A stretch of 64,000 nucleotides of DNA from Candidatus Cloacimonadales bacterium (GTDB lineage Bacteria; Cloacimonadota; Cloacimonadia; Cloacimonadales; JAIOQZ01): contig OY771587.1 in assembly GCA_963674825.1 (NCBI GenBank), positions 1,024,001 through 1,088,000 on the forward strand. Reading direction: 5' to 3'. Shown in pieces: positions 8,961 to 18,214 of this stretch. The notes under the pieces were generated by a model. The model was not told the DNA's origin. It worked only from the letters and a program-made list of their open reading frames with translations, and did no database searches. A program made the translations under genes and the position numbers. Numbering within the stretch: the first letter of the stretch is position 1; each line of letters begins with the position of its first letter.

Positions 8961-10661
8961 ATGTGTAGAGGATATTGTCTGATTATTGCAGCGCTACTGC
9001 TGCTTCCGCTGTGCATGATCGCAGTGGAAAACGTCTTCCCGCTCGACGACGATTACGTGCGTCCGTGGGAGTTATTGCCCGAGATTCGAGAGATCGTGGA
9101 GATCAACCCGGAGATCGCGTCATGGCAAATCATCGGCACCAGCGGCACGGATCGCCTTCCCATCTACGCGATCAAGGTCTCCGATCACGTCACGCTATCC
9201 GAGACCTACAACCCCAAGCTGCTGTTTGTCGGTTCGCACCAATCGGAAGAAGTGATCGGCATCGAAGTGGTGCTAAACAACGCCCGTAAACTCATCGAAT
9301 CGTACGGCATCGATCCCTTCCTCACCGAGCTCATCGACTGCTACGAGCTCTGGTTTGTACCGACGGCGGACCCGGAGGGATTCAATCTCGTCAACGGTGG
9401 CAAAGTCCAGTACAAGCGAAAAAACAACACCGATACTGACTGGGACGGTATCTTCGAGCCTCTCGAAGACGGTGTCGATCTGAACAAAAACTATCCCTTC
9501 AACTGGGAGATGGGCGAATCCACCTGGAAGCGTTCCCGCTACTACAAAGGTGAATCACCCGCATCGGAACCGGAAGTTCAGGCGATGATGCAGCTGTACG
9601 ACACCTATCGATTCGAAGCGGCGATTTTTTATCATAGCTCCGCATTGGGTACTTATTCCGAGCGAGTCTTTTTCCCGTGGCGTTGGAACGACGACCTCTC
9701 CCCGGACTACGTCGGTATGTACCGCCTGGCGCGGGATGTTGCCTCCGAACTACCTAAAGATTTTGAAGATGGACGCTACACCGTGCACACCTGGAATAAC
9801 TTCCAGAACGGCTACGCGCGCGATTATATCTATTCCAGCTTCCATACATGGGCTTTGACGATCGAGTCAGGCGGCGATTCACCATACGGATACGGAATCA
9901 TTCAGCCGCCGAATTCGCTGCTACAGAAGCACCTGGAAAGCCACTGGAAGGCATTCCTTGCCTTCGTCAGGCACGTGCACGACAGCACCATCATTCTGCG
10001 ATTCACCGATAAGCACGATGAGCCTTACCGTGATTTGCCGATAATGATCGCCGAGCGCAGCCACCCGTTGATGCAGCCTATGCGCACTAACCGAGACGGC
10101 TATATCATCCGCATGCTCGAACCGGGCAATTTCACGCTCGACGCCGGTGGAACCGAACTGCATCTGACTAAAAAAGCGGGATACTCTTACGAGGAATTCG
10201 CCATCGACGCTCCTCGCCGAGAGCAGAATCCGCTTGTTTACAATGCGCTACAGCTATGCAAGGTTGATCCCAGCAGCGCATTCAACGAACTCGACACCTA
10301 CGAGTTTCACCCTGGGACCTGCCTGCGATTGACCGCGAAGCCGGACAAATCGATACGAGCCATCAACATCCAATTGCACGGAAACCAGCGCGACTACCCC
10401 ATTCGGTTGAAGTTCAAAGTCTTCGCAGGCTTGCATCGAGCCTACGATCAGGTTGTGGATTACAATGGCGGAATCCTGCGCATACCGCTGGATAAACGTA
10501 CACGAATCGAAAATCTGAGTGTTATTATCGAACAACTGGACATAAAATCTTATCAACTGTATAAATGGCAACATGGAATGAGCTGGGAACAGGCCGTTCG
10601 CTTCTCGCATTGGCAGGAGCTGGAAGGTAGAGCAATCGGAGTACAGGTAACATATGAATAA
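8961..10661 (+). CDS. Secreted M14 zinc carboxypeptidase (start uncertain)
   Basis: HQSEE, DPEG, RKN, GVDLNKN, SEPE, FYHS, TIE motifs. Confidence 0.85.
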   Translation: MCRGYCLIIAALLLLPLCMIAVENVFPLDDDYVRPWELLPEIREIVEINPEIASWQIIGTSGTDRLPIYAIKVSDHVTLSETYNPKLLFVGSHQSEEVIGIEVVLNNARKLIESYGIDPFLTELIDCYELWFVPTADPEGFNLVNGGKVQYKRKNNTDTDWDGIFEPLEDGVDLNKNYPFNWEMGESTWKRSRYYKGESPASEPEVQAMMQLYDTYRFEAAIFYHSSALGTYSERVFFPWRWNDDLSPDYVGMYRLARDVASELPKDFEDGRYTVHTWNNFQNGYARDYIYSSFHTWALTIESGGDSPYGYGIIQPPNSLLQKHLESHWKAFLAFVRHVHDSTIILRFTDKHDEPYRDLPIMIAERSHPLMQPMRTNRDGYIIRMLEPGNFTLDAGGTELHLTKKAGYSYEEFAIDAPRREQNPLVYNALQLCKVDPSSAFNELDTYEFHPGTCLRLTAKPDKSIRAINIQLHGNQRDYPIRLKFKVFAGLHRAYDQVVDYNGGILRIPLDKRTRIENLSVIIEQLDIKSYQLYKWQHGMSWEQAVRFSHWQELEGRAIGVQVTYE

Positions 10662-11454
10662 TCTAATATATATCAATGAAATACGTAAATATGTACGCCA
10701 GGCCGGCGCTATGATCAACGAGAAGTTTGGCAAGATCGGCCATTACGACACCAAATCAACAAAGTTCGATCCGGTCACCGAAGTCGATAAAGCAGTCGAG
10801 CGCTATCTGAAAGAGCGCTTTACAGAGCTGATCCCGGAGAGCGTCTTCCTCGCCGAAGAGACAGCGAGCGAGATGAAAACCGGAAAATATGTCTGGATCA
10901 TCGATCCCATCGACGGAACCATCAATTTCTTGCATGGTTTTCCGTTCGTATGCTGCTCGGTAGCGCTTTACATTGACGATAAACCTTATTACGGCATTGT
11001 CTTCGATCCCATCAACGACGAACTCTTCGAGGCAGCACCCGGAAAAGGCAGCTTCCTTAACAGTGAAAGGATTCTTGTGTCGAACCACACCAGGCTGGAG
11101 CAATGTCTCCTCGCTACAGGCTTCCCGTATGACTACGCCACAAGCCGCGAGAACAACTTTCGCTATTTCAACCATTTCCATCAGCGTGTGCAGGGCATCC
11201 GACGCCCGGGCAGCGCTGCACTCGACCTATGCTGTGTTGCCTGTGGAAGATTCGACGGCTTTTGGGAATGGCGTTTGAACCCTTGGGATGTTGCGGCTGG
11301 CAAGCTTATCGTCGAAGAGGCCGGCGGAATTATCACCAACTTCGAGGGCACACCGCACAAGCTGGACGACATCGGCATCCTGGCAGCAGCTCCCGCGATC
11401 CATCCCCTGATGCAGAAAGAGATAACAATCCTGCTGGATCGGGTGGAGGATTAA
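10654..11454 (+). CDS. suhB: Inositol monophosphatase
   Basis: WIIDPIDGT, GSAALD, WDVAAG. Confidence 0.9.
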   Translation: MNNLIYINEIRKYVRQAGAMINEKFGKIGHYDTKSTKFDPVTEVDKAVERYLKERFTELIPESVFLAEETASEMKTGKYVWIIDPIDGTINFLHGFPFVCCSVALYIDDKPYYGIVFDPINDELFEAAPGKGSFLNSERILVSNHTRLEQCLLATGFPYDYATSRENNFRYFNHFHQRVQGIRRPGSAALDLCCVACGRFDGFWEWRLNPWDVAAGKLIVEEAGGIITNFEGTPHKLDDIGILAAAPAIHPLMQKEITILLDRVED

Positions 11455-13568
11455 TGAAACTGACGGCGTTTCTCGGTGCGAACTACCGGAGATGGTACTT
11501 TGCTCTGTTGATCGCCTGCCTCCTGACCGGTATCTCGTACGCAATCTATCGTATTCCGCTCTTTCAGGTGCTTGAGCGCAAGGTGGAAGACCTACACTTC
11601 ATCCTGAACGAAACAGTCCCCGATTCATCCATCGTCATGATCGCCATCGACGATAATTCGCTGGAGTTCACCCGTGAAAATCACCTTCCGTGGCCATGGC
11701 CCCGCGATATTTGGTACCCTATTTTAAGCTTCATGAACGTAGCCGAAGCACGAAATATCCTGTTCGATCTGCAATTCACCGATCCCGATTTTGACCGGGC
11801 CGAGACCTTCGCCGACGAGACCGACGGCATGTTCGCAGAGGCGATCCGCATGAAAAGCGATGTAATATTGGGCGTTCAGCTCGTCCCGGAATCGACGATG
11901 GTCTCGCGGGACATCGGCACATTCTGTCTCGAAAAACCCGACACGCACATCGAGAACCGCTATCAGGGTATGCTGGAGCCCATCGAGGTACTGCGTAAGG
12001 CTGCCTCCAATCTGGGCGTGATCAACGTGGAACCAGACGACGATGGTATTATCCGGCGAATCCCGCTCTATTACAGCATTCATGACATTATACTTCCGCA
12101 GCTTGCACTGACACCAGTCTGCGATCGCGACAACGACATTCATACCGACAAGGAAGGAAAGTTCCGCCTATACTGGTATGGAGGTGGTGGTGTGGACGGT
12201 GCGTTCGGCAAACAGTATATCTCGATGTGTTATGTGCTGGCTCTGGCCCGTCAGCATCTTTACGGTGATGGAAGCCCAGAAGCTGACGCGCTGCTTCAGC
12301 GCTTGCGTGGAAAATATGTCATCATCGGCACCACAGCCGGTGGACTCTTCGACCTGAAACCCACCCCTACTGATCGCATCTTCCCAGGCATGGAAATCTG
12401 GGCTACGGCGCTCAGCAATTACCTCCAAGGCGACAATATCTACAATCTTCCCCTCTGGCTGCACCTATCGATTCTGGTGCTTATAGCTTTCGGTGTCTAT
12501 TTCAGCTTCGCTCGCTTCGAGCAGAGCGTGATCGTTCCGCTGTTGGCGTCCGTCGCGGGGATCATTCTTCTCAGTGGCATCTGCTGGCATTTCTGGAACC
12601 TGTTGCTGCCTGTCATCTCGATCCTTAACACATTCCTGATCGCCTATATTGTCACCGCAACGACTCACTACCTGCTTGAAGGTCGCGCCAAACGGCAAAT
12701 CCGCTCCGTTTTCAGCCGTTATCTGAGCGCGGATGTAGTACATGAACTGATCCGCGACCCAGACAAAGTCGAAATGGGTGGCAAAGAGGTCGACGCGACG
12801 GTATTCTTCTCCGATATCGCTGATTTTACCCACATCTCCGAGAGCCGTACACCCAAAGAACTTGTGCGCTATCTCAACGAATATTTCAACAACTTTGTTG
12901 ATATCCTCCTTTCGCGAGGCGGCCTTCTGGATAAATATACTGGCGACGGACTCATGGCGCTGTTTGGCGTTCCGATCCCGCGGCACGACCACGCAGTTTC
13001 CGCCTGTCTTGCTGCGCTGGAGCACAAACGGCTCAGTCGCACGCTGATCGAGAATCCAGGCGCGGATTTCACCCGGCATTTCCACCTTAATACACGCATC
13101 GGAATTAATTCCGGCAAGATCGTATCCGGCAACATCGGCTCCGTCAAGCGCATGGACTACACAGCTATCGGTGATGACGTGAATCTGGCCGCTCGGCTGG
13201 AAGGGGTGAACAAGATCTATCACACCTCGATCATGATCAGCGAATCGACCTTCAAGCTGGTCGAGCACGCCATCCAGTGCAGGGAACTTGACACAATCCG
13301 AGTGAAGGGTAAGGATAAGCCCACAAAGATATACGAGGTTATCGCGCCGATCGACGAACCATATGACAAGAAACTCGTCGATCTTTACGCAACTGCGCTG
13401 GAATTGTACCGTGACGGCGCATGGTCGGAAGCAGCAAAGATCTTCCAGAAGCTTTCCGAAACGCCATTCTATGACGGAGCATCCGGCGAGATGCATCAGC
13501 GCTGTATACGATACAGAAAGCAACCTCCCCGTGAGTGGGACGGTGTGCACACACTGGAGGTCAAATGA
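11454..13568 (+). CDS. CHASE2 sensor, 3 TM, class III adenylate cyclase, TPR-like tail
   Basis: IDD...WPWPR, DDDGIIRR (CHASE2); FSDIADFT, DKYTGDG, TAIGDDVNLAARLE; TAATG coupling to suhB. Confidence 0.92.
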   Translation: MKLTAFLGANYRRWYFALLIACLLTGISYAIYRIPLFQVLERKVEDLHFILNETVPDSSIVMIAIDDNSLEFTRENHLPWPWPRDIWYPILSFMNVAEARNILFDLQFTDPDFDRAETFADETDGMFAEAIRMKSDVILGVQLVPESTMVSRDIGTFCLEKPDTHIENRYQGMLEPIEVLRKAASNLGVINVEPDDDGIIRRIPLYYSIHDIILPQLALTPVCDRDNDIHTDKEGKFRLYWYGGGGVDGAFGKQYISMCYVLALARQHLYGDGSPEADALLQRLRGKYVIIGTTAGGLFDLKPTPTDRIFPGMEIWATALSNYLQGDNIYNLPLWLHLSILVLIAFGVYFSFARFEQSVIVPLLASVAGIILLSGICWHFWNLLLPVISILNTFLIAYIVTATTHYLLEGRAKRQIRSVFSRYLSADVVHELIRDPDKVEMGGKEVDATVFFSDIADFTHISESRTPKELVRYLNEYFNNFVDILLSRGGLLDKYTGDGLMALFGVPIPRHDHAVSACLAALEHKRLSRTLIENPGADFTRHFHLNTRIGINSGKIVSGNIGSVKRMDYTAIGDDVNLAARLEGVNKIYHTSIMISESTFKLVEHAIQCRELDTIRVKGKDKPTKIYEVIAPIDEPYDKKLVDLYATALELYRDGAWSEAAKIFQKLSETPFYDGASGEMHQRCIRYRKQPPREWDGVHTLEVK

Positions 13569-14788
13569 TCCGAAGACTCCTGATTTTAACAATACTGCTG
13601 GCCATCGGGCTGGCTCATGCCAAGCAGATCACTATCAAGCGCGTTCGCTCCTATCTACGCGAGGGACCTGGTTCATTCTACGAGGTCATCACCGAACTAC
13701 CAGTCGGTGAATCATACGAAATTCAAGAGACCGTTGGACGTTGGGTTAAGATTGCCAGCAACGATCAGGTTGGATTCGTCTCCGAGCGCGCCGGAACAGA
13801 GGCCAAGGGACGCAACGCAATCAACGATCTCGGCTCGGATGTCCCCTCGATTCAGGTGTCGCGGCACGGAATGTCGGCGGGAGCGAAGGGATTCTCCGGC
13901 AGGGTGTCGAAGCTGCATGGCGGTAGCGTCAAGGGTGTTCAGGCCATCCTGGATTACAAGATCAATTTGACTAAGTATGGCAACTTCGCCTTGCGCGGTA
14001 AGAACGACTACCATATCGTTTCTCAACGTAAGCCGTCTATCCCGCCGAGTGACGCGCCGGAGTTCTTCTCCTTCAAGGAGGAGATCGTCGGCTTTACGCT
14101 GGCAGCATCGGTTATGGAGAAGTACGGCGTGGTGGAAAACGACATCTGGATGAACTACATCAACTGCCTGGGTAACTATGTGGCGTCTAACAGCGAGGGA
14201 TACGACCGTGAATTCCGCTTCTTTATCCTGGATATCCCCGAAGCGAACGCCTATGCCTTCCCCGGTGGGGTGATCCTGATCACAAAAGGCCTCCTGCAAT
14301 TGCTGGATAACGAAGCCGAACTGGCCGTCGTGCTCGGGCATGAAATCGCGCATGTCAATCGCTTCCACGGCCTGATGGAGATGGAGAAGCGTAAGCATCA
14401 CATCAACGCTGAAAACGCATTTAGCGAGCTGGACGAAGAAGTCCCAGACGCCTACGACGAGCATGCGAAGGAGATCGAAGCGGAACTGGAAGAGGACCTG
14501 CTGAGCATCTACGAAACACTGGTGGAAGGACGGCTTGACCAGTACGAACAGGAAGCCGACCAACTGGCGATGATCTACGCTGCACGCTCCGGATACGACC
14601 CGATCGCGCTCGGATTAGTGCTGCAAAGGCTGCAAGGCGCGTCCTGCAATAACGAACACATGCGCTCGGAGATCGTTGGAAAGCGAGTGGAATGGTTCAA
14701 TGCATCGAAGGATAAATTCAGTCGCATTCGTGGCGTGCAGATGAATCGAGAAAGATTTATGGAGAAAAAGCTTCAGGCTGGCTGGTAG
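13565..14788 (+). CDS. Secreted SH3-like + M48 family zinc metalloprotease
   Basis: Signal peptide; LREGPG SH3b-like motif; NAYAFPGG, HEIAH, EQEAD. Confidence 0.88.
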   Translation: MIRRLLILTILLAIGLAHAKQITIKRVRSYLREGPGSFYEVITELPVGESYEIQETVGRWVKIASNDQVGFVSERAGTEAKGRNAINDLGSDVPSIQVSRHGMSAGAKGFSGRVSKLHGGSVKGVQAILDYKINLTKYGNFALRGKNDYHIVSQRKPSIPPSDAPEFFSFKEEIVGFTLAASVMEKYGVVENDIWMNYINCLGNYVASNSEGYDREFRFFILDIPEANAYAFPGGVILITKGLLQLLDNEAELAVVLGHEIAHVNRFHGLMEMEKRKHHINAENAFSELDEEVPDAYDEHAKEIEAELEEDLLSIYETLVEGRLDQYEQEADQLAMIYAARSGYDPIALGLVLQRLQGASCNNEHMRSEIVGKRVEWFNASKDKFSRIRGVQMNRERFMEKKLQAGW

Positions 14789-15078
14789 CCAAATCGGCTC
14801 ATATCGATACGGTCGTCCTCATCGAATTCAACGCCCTCTTGCAGGAGCATCATTTTCTGTTCTTCGTAGCCGTCACCCGGCTGAAGCGAGATCATACCCT
14901 TTGAATTGACCACCCGAAACCACGGCAGATCGTGCTTGCCTGTCTGCGTATGCAGTATTCTTACCACCTGGCGTGCACCTCGTGGCGATCCGGCAGCCTT
15001 GGCTATTCCACCATACGTACAAACCTTTCCGTTCGGGATGGACTGGATGATCTCGACGACTCGCTGAGTAAATGTCAT
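14773..15078 (-). CDS. Alkyltransferase-like (ATL, MGMT family) protein
   Basis: IPNGKVCTYG...ARQV...PWFRVV; Trp replaces the catalytic Cys of PCHRV. Confidence 0.88.
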   Translation of the reverse strand: MTFTQRVVEIIQSIPNGKVCTYGGIAKAAGSPRGARQVVRILHTQTGKHDLPWFRVVNSKGMISLQPGDGYEEQKMMLLQEGVEFDEDDRIDMSRFGYQPA

Positions 15079-15288
15079 GTGTTCTCCTTCTATCCGGGTG
15101 AATCAAGTTAGGTAGTCTCTTCGCTGATGGCAAGGAATTCTTTCTCGTCCTCGAGCAATATCCATCTGGGGACAGAACAGCGCTGAGCCAATGCAGGCAT
15201 AAGATTTTTCTCGAATAGATTGACTTTCTGGAACGGGGGTGTATAGAGCAATTATGATCAAAAGCGCTTACGATCGAGAGGAGAGTGG

Positions 15289-16149
15289 ATGGATTATCGC
15301 CGCACAATCCAGTGCAGCATCGACTACATCGAACGGAAATTGACAGGGAAGCTCGACCTGGAGATGGTCGCGGACTTCGCCGGGTTCTCACCCTATTATT
15401 TCCTGCGGATGTTCCGGGCATGTACGGGCTACACACCCAAGGAGTACATCCAGTTGCGGCGGCTGTCCAAAGCGGGAAGAGACCTTCTCTTCACACGTGA
15501 CACGATCCTCACTATCGCCAGAAAATATGGCTTCGACTCCCAAGAGGCGTTCACCCGCGCATTTAAAAAACAGCACGGCGTAACCCCGGGAAAACTGAGA
15601 AAAACCAGGCAGGCGGTCTGCTACGTCAGTCCGGTCAATGCCCTTGGTTCAACCGCGAAAGCAACAACAGGAGTAAGCATGACACCGAAGATCGTCGAAA
15701 TGGGCGAAATGAAAGTGATCGGCCTCAAGTGCCAGACCACGATGAAAGAAAACACGATCCCGCAGCTTTGGGGCCAATTCAACACAAACTGCAACCGGGT
15801 CCCTAACCGCACGGACGATAAGTTTGCTTTGGGCGTATGCCCGTATGTCGATATGGAGCACTTTGACGAAAATACACCGTTCGAGTACATTACCGGGCTG
15901 GCTGTAACTACGTTCGATAACGTTCCAGAAGATATGGTCGCATATACCATTCCAGCAGCTAAATACGCCGTGTTCACCCACAAAGGCGCGCTGGACACAC
16001 TTCAGGACACCTACAACCAAATCTTTGGAACCGCACTCTCCGAAAACGGCCTCGAGCTGGACTCCAAAGATCAGATCGAGCTTTACGATGAGCGCTTCAA
16101 ATGGGGCGAACCCGACTCGGAGTTCGACATCTACATCCCAGTGAAATAA
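15289..16149 (+). CDS. AraC family regulator with GyrI-like effector domain
   Basis: N-terminal double HTH (SPYYFLRMF; GFDSQEAFTRAFK); C-terminal YAVFTHKG...IYIPVK. Confidence 0.92.
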   Translation: MDYRRTIQCSIDYIERKLTGKLDLEMVADFAGFSPYYFLRMFRACTGYTPKEYIQLRRLSKAGRDLLFTRDTILTIARKYGFDSQEAFTRAFKKQHGVTPGKLRKTRQAVCYVSPVNALGSTAKATTGVSMTPKIVEMGEMKVIGLKCQTTMKENTIPQLWGQFNTNCNRVPNRTDDKFALGVCPYVDMEHFDENTPFEYITGLAVTTFDNVPEDMVAYTIPAAKYAVFTHKGALDTLQDTYNQIFGTALSENGLELDSKDQIELYDERFKWGEPDSEFDIYIPVK

Positions 16150-16172
16150 ACCGCAACACCACATTATATTGT

Positions 16173-16205
16173 AAGGGCAATCTTTTATGGTTGCCCTTTT
16201 TCTTC
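16173..16205 (+). terminator. Intrinsic terminator
   Basis: AAGGGCAA/TTGCCCTT stem plus T-run. Confidence 0.65.
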
Positions 16206-16225
16206 GTTGTGCCAGACACATTCGA

Positions 16226-16690
16226 AAGATGATTTCATGAGGCCACAAGAATAGAGACAGCAGGCAAAGGTGCCTGCATTCCATAAGAGAAAGGGCAGGC
16301 ACAGGGACCTGCCCCTACATCGGCCCCTGGGTACGCAGACGTCTCGTCTGCACGCATTCTCTTTGGATCGCCAAGCACCAGCTTGGCATCTCTATTCTCC
16401 CTCGATACGCGTCTGGCCCTTCGACTCCGCTCAGGGTGACACAGACGCTACTCGGGATGACACAGGAGTAGTTTCGCACCAATAACCGTGTCATGCTGAG
16501 CCGTGAGTTTTGCGAAGCACAAACTCGAATCCCCCAAGAATCGGAGATCAGCGCCTACATCCTGGGAACGCGGACGTCCCCGTCCGCATCTCTACTCCTC
16601 CTCTTCTACTAACGTCCACCATACATGAAATCAACATCCGGAAGAGCCTCACGCTGTTCGGCACATTCAGAAGATGATTTCATGGGCAAC
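16226..16690. repeat. Cluster of several REP-like palindrome families
   Basis: GTAG-type REP 16292-16318; CTGGG-type REPs 16327-16352 and 16562-16588; 100-bp composite 16364-16463 repeated at 43940-44039. Confidence 0.88.
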
Positions 16691-16771
16691 CGCTGCGGTC
16701 AGATTCCTTTCTTTCGGTGAGGTTTGTCTTGACGTAATACGATCGGGTATAAAAATACTTGACGATAAAAA

Positions 16772-16798
16772 CTGGCACTCTAAAAAAGTGTTTGCTAA
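16772..16798 (+). promoter_or_regulatory. Degenerate CIRCE element (HrcA operator)
   Basis: CTGGCACTC-N9-GTTTGCTAA versus consensus TTAGCACTC-N9-GAGTGCTAA; upstream of groES, next to TTGACG at 16759. Confidence 0.75.
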
Positions 16799-16855
16799 TT
16801 TCATGATTGGGATTAGTCTTATTTACGTGATAAAAAACCTGTAAGGAGGAACGAT

Positions 16856-17125
16856 ATGGAAATCAGACCGCTTGACGACAGAGTGGTGATTAAGCCCTTA
16901 GTAGTGAAGGAGAAGACCGTTGGTGGGATTATTATCCCGGATACAGCGAAGGAAAAACCGCAGATCGGTGAGATCATCGCAGTTGGAACCGACGAAGAGC
17001 TCAAAGAGATCGTGAAGATCGGCGACCGGATTCTCTACGCGAAGTATGGCGGCACAGAAGTTGAGATCGACGCTGTTAAGTATCTGATCGTATCGCGCAG
17101 CGATATTCTGGCGATTGTCGAGTAA
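16856..17125 (+). CDS. groES: Co-chaperonin GroES
   Basis: IRPLDDRV...[13 protein letters not shown]...KYGGTE. Confidence 0.97.
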   Translation: MEIRPLDDRVVIKPLVVKEKTVGGIIIPDTAKEKPQIGEIIAVGTDEELKEIVKIGDRILYAKYGGTEVEIDAVKYLIVSRSDILAIVE

Positions 17126-17128
17126 GCT

Positions 17129-17446
17129 GTGGAAGTCAAAAATATTACACAAACCGAATTTGACGAGGAAGTGCTGAAGTCGGATATCCCGGTGCTCGTA
17201 GATTTTTGGGCGCCGTGGTGCGGACCTTGCAAGATGCTGAATCCAACCATTCAGCAGGTGGCGGACGACTTCGCCGGCAAGGTGAAGGTTCTGAAGCTGA
17301 ACGTCGATGAATCTCCGCAGATCGCATCCCGTTATCAGGTGATGTCGATCCCGACACTGCTTGTCTTTACCGAAGGCACCGTGAAGCACCAGCTCGTGGG
17401 TGTCGTCAACAAGAACAAGATTGCCGAACGCCTCAACTCGGTTTAA
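17129..17446 (+). CDS. trxA: Thioredoxin
   Basis: DFWAPWCGPCK, cis-Pro SIPT. Confidence 0.96.
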   Translation: MEVKNITQTEFDEEVLKSDIPVLVDFWAPWCGPCKMLNPTIQQVADDFAGKVKVLKLNVDESPQIASRYQVMSIPTLLVFTEGTVKHQLVGVVNKNKIAERLNSV

Positions 17447-17467
17447 GAATTTCCAAGTGTCGCACTG

Positions 17468-17499
17468 AAAACCCCGGTATGCGCCGGGGTTTTTCTTTT
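17468..17499 (+). terminator. Intrinsic terminator
   Basis: AAAACCCCGG/CCGGGGTTTT plus T-run. Confidence 0.85.
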
Positions 17500-17500
17500 C

Positions 17501-17794
17501 CTGGGTACACAGACGTCCTCGTCTGCCCCTCTTCTCCCTAATCCCTATAGAAAATCATTGACCATAATATATGTTCCATTTTGTATTTGTGGCATGGATA
17601 AGCAACAGGGCTGGCACGTTCGGGGATATCTCCCACACTTTGATGGAGATCCGGAACGAAGAATATTATTTAAGTACAACCAGATATATCAGAGATAATC
17701 TTGTTTCAGCCGGGCTTGTTTCTGCACCCGAGATGTGGAAATGGTCTTCGGCATATAAACAGTGAAATGCAGACGAGGACGTCTGCGCACCCAG
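17501..17794 (+). pseudogene. Internally deleted REP-associated tyrosine transposase (RAYT-like) flanked by inverted REPs
   Basis: N-terminal MDKQQGWHVRGYLPHFDG (from 17594) joined out of frame to C-terminal IRNEE...RYIRDNLVSAGLV...WKWSSA (17649-17765); REPs at 17501-17526 and 17768-17794. Confidence 0.8.
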
Positions 17795-17813
17795 GTAGGA
17801 AAAGGAGTGAATC

Positions 17814-18134
17814 ATGCAGGATATCCATGTCATTTGCGAGCTTGTGGTGGTAACCTACGATATCGGCCCGAGCCTCTCGCCGTTCGTATCGAAGGTCGTG
17901 AAAATCATCAAGGAAGATACCAGCGTAAAGCACCAACTCTGCCCCATGGGGTCGGTGATCGAAGGTCGCTGGCAGGATGTAATGAAGCTGGTCGATCGAA
18001 TCATGACTACCTTTGCGCCGGATTTCGAACGTATCGGAATCACGCTCAAAGTCGATTACCGCCGAAGCAAAAAAGATCGAATCGAAGGCAAGGTACGGTC
18101 GGTGGAAGAGAAGATCGAGGCGATGGAGAACTGA
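17814..18134 (+). CDS. MTH1187/YqgV family thiamine-binding protein
   Basis: SLSPFV...PMGSVIEG...LKVDYR...KVRSV. Confidence 0.85.
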   Translation: MQDIHVICELVVVTYDIGPSLSPFVSKVVKIIKEDTSVKHQLCPMGSVIEGRWQDVMKLVDRIMTTFAPDFERIGITLKVDYRRSKKDRIEGKVRSVEEKIEAMEN

Positions 18135-18214
18135 TAAACCGTCCTTAAGAAATAAGTTGACGCGAATTTTCCTGAGAGCATCATGGAAAGAACTAAGGAT
18201 TTCAAGAGGAAAGC

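Noticed and set aside
11229..11453. Long N-terminal extensions in the ORF track (also at 4086, 7173, 20152, 28075, 33035, 39871)
   Set aside because: They overlap neighbouring genes or promoters; RBS or coupling supports the downstream starts
16270..16485. Similar short ORFs at 16270-16485 and 43894-44163
   Set aside because: Similarity comes from the shared palindromic repeat, not from coding signal
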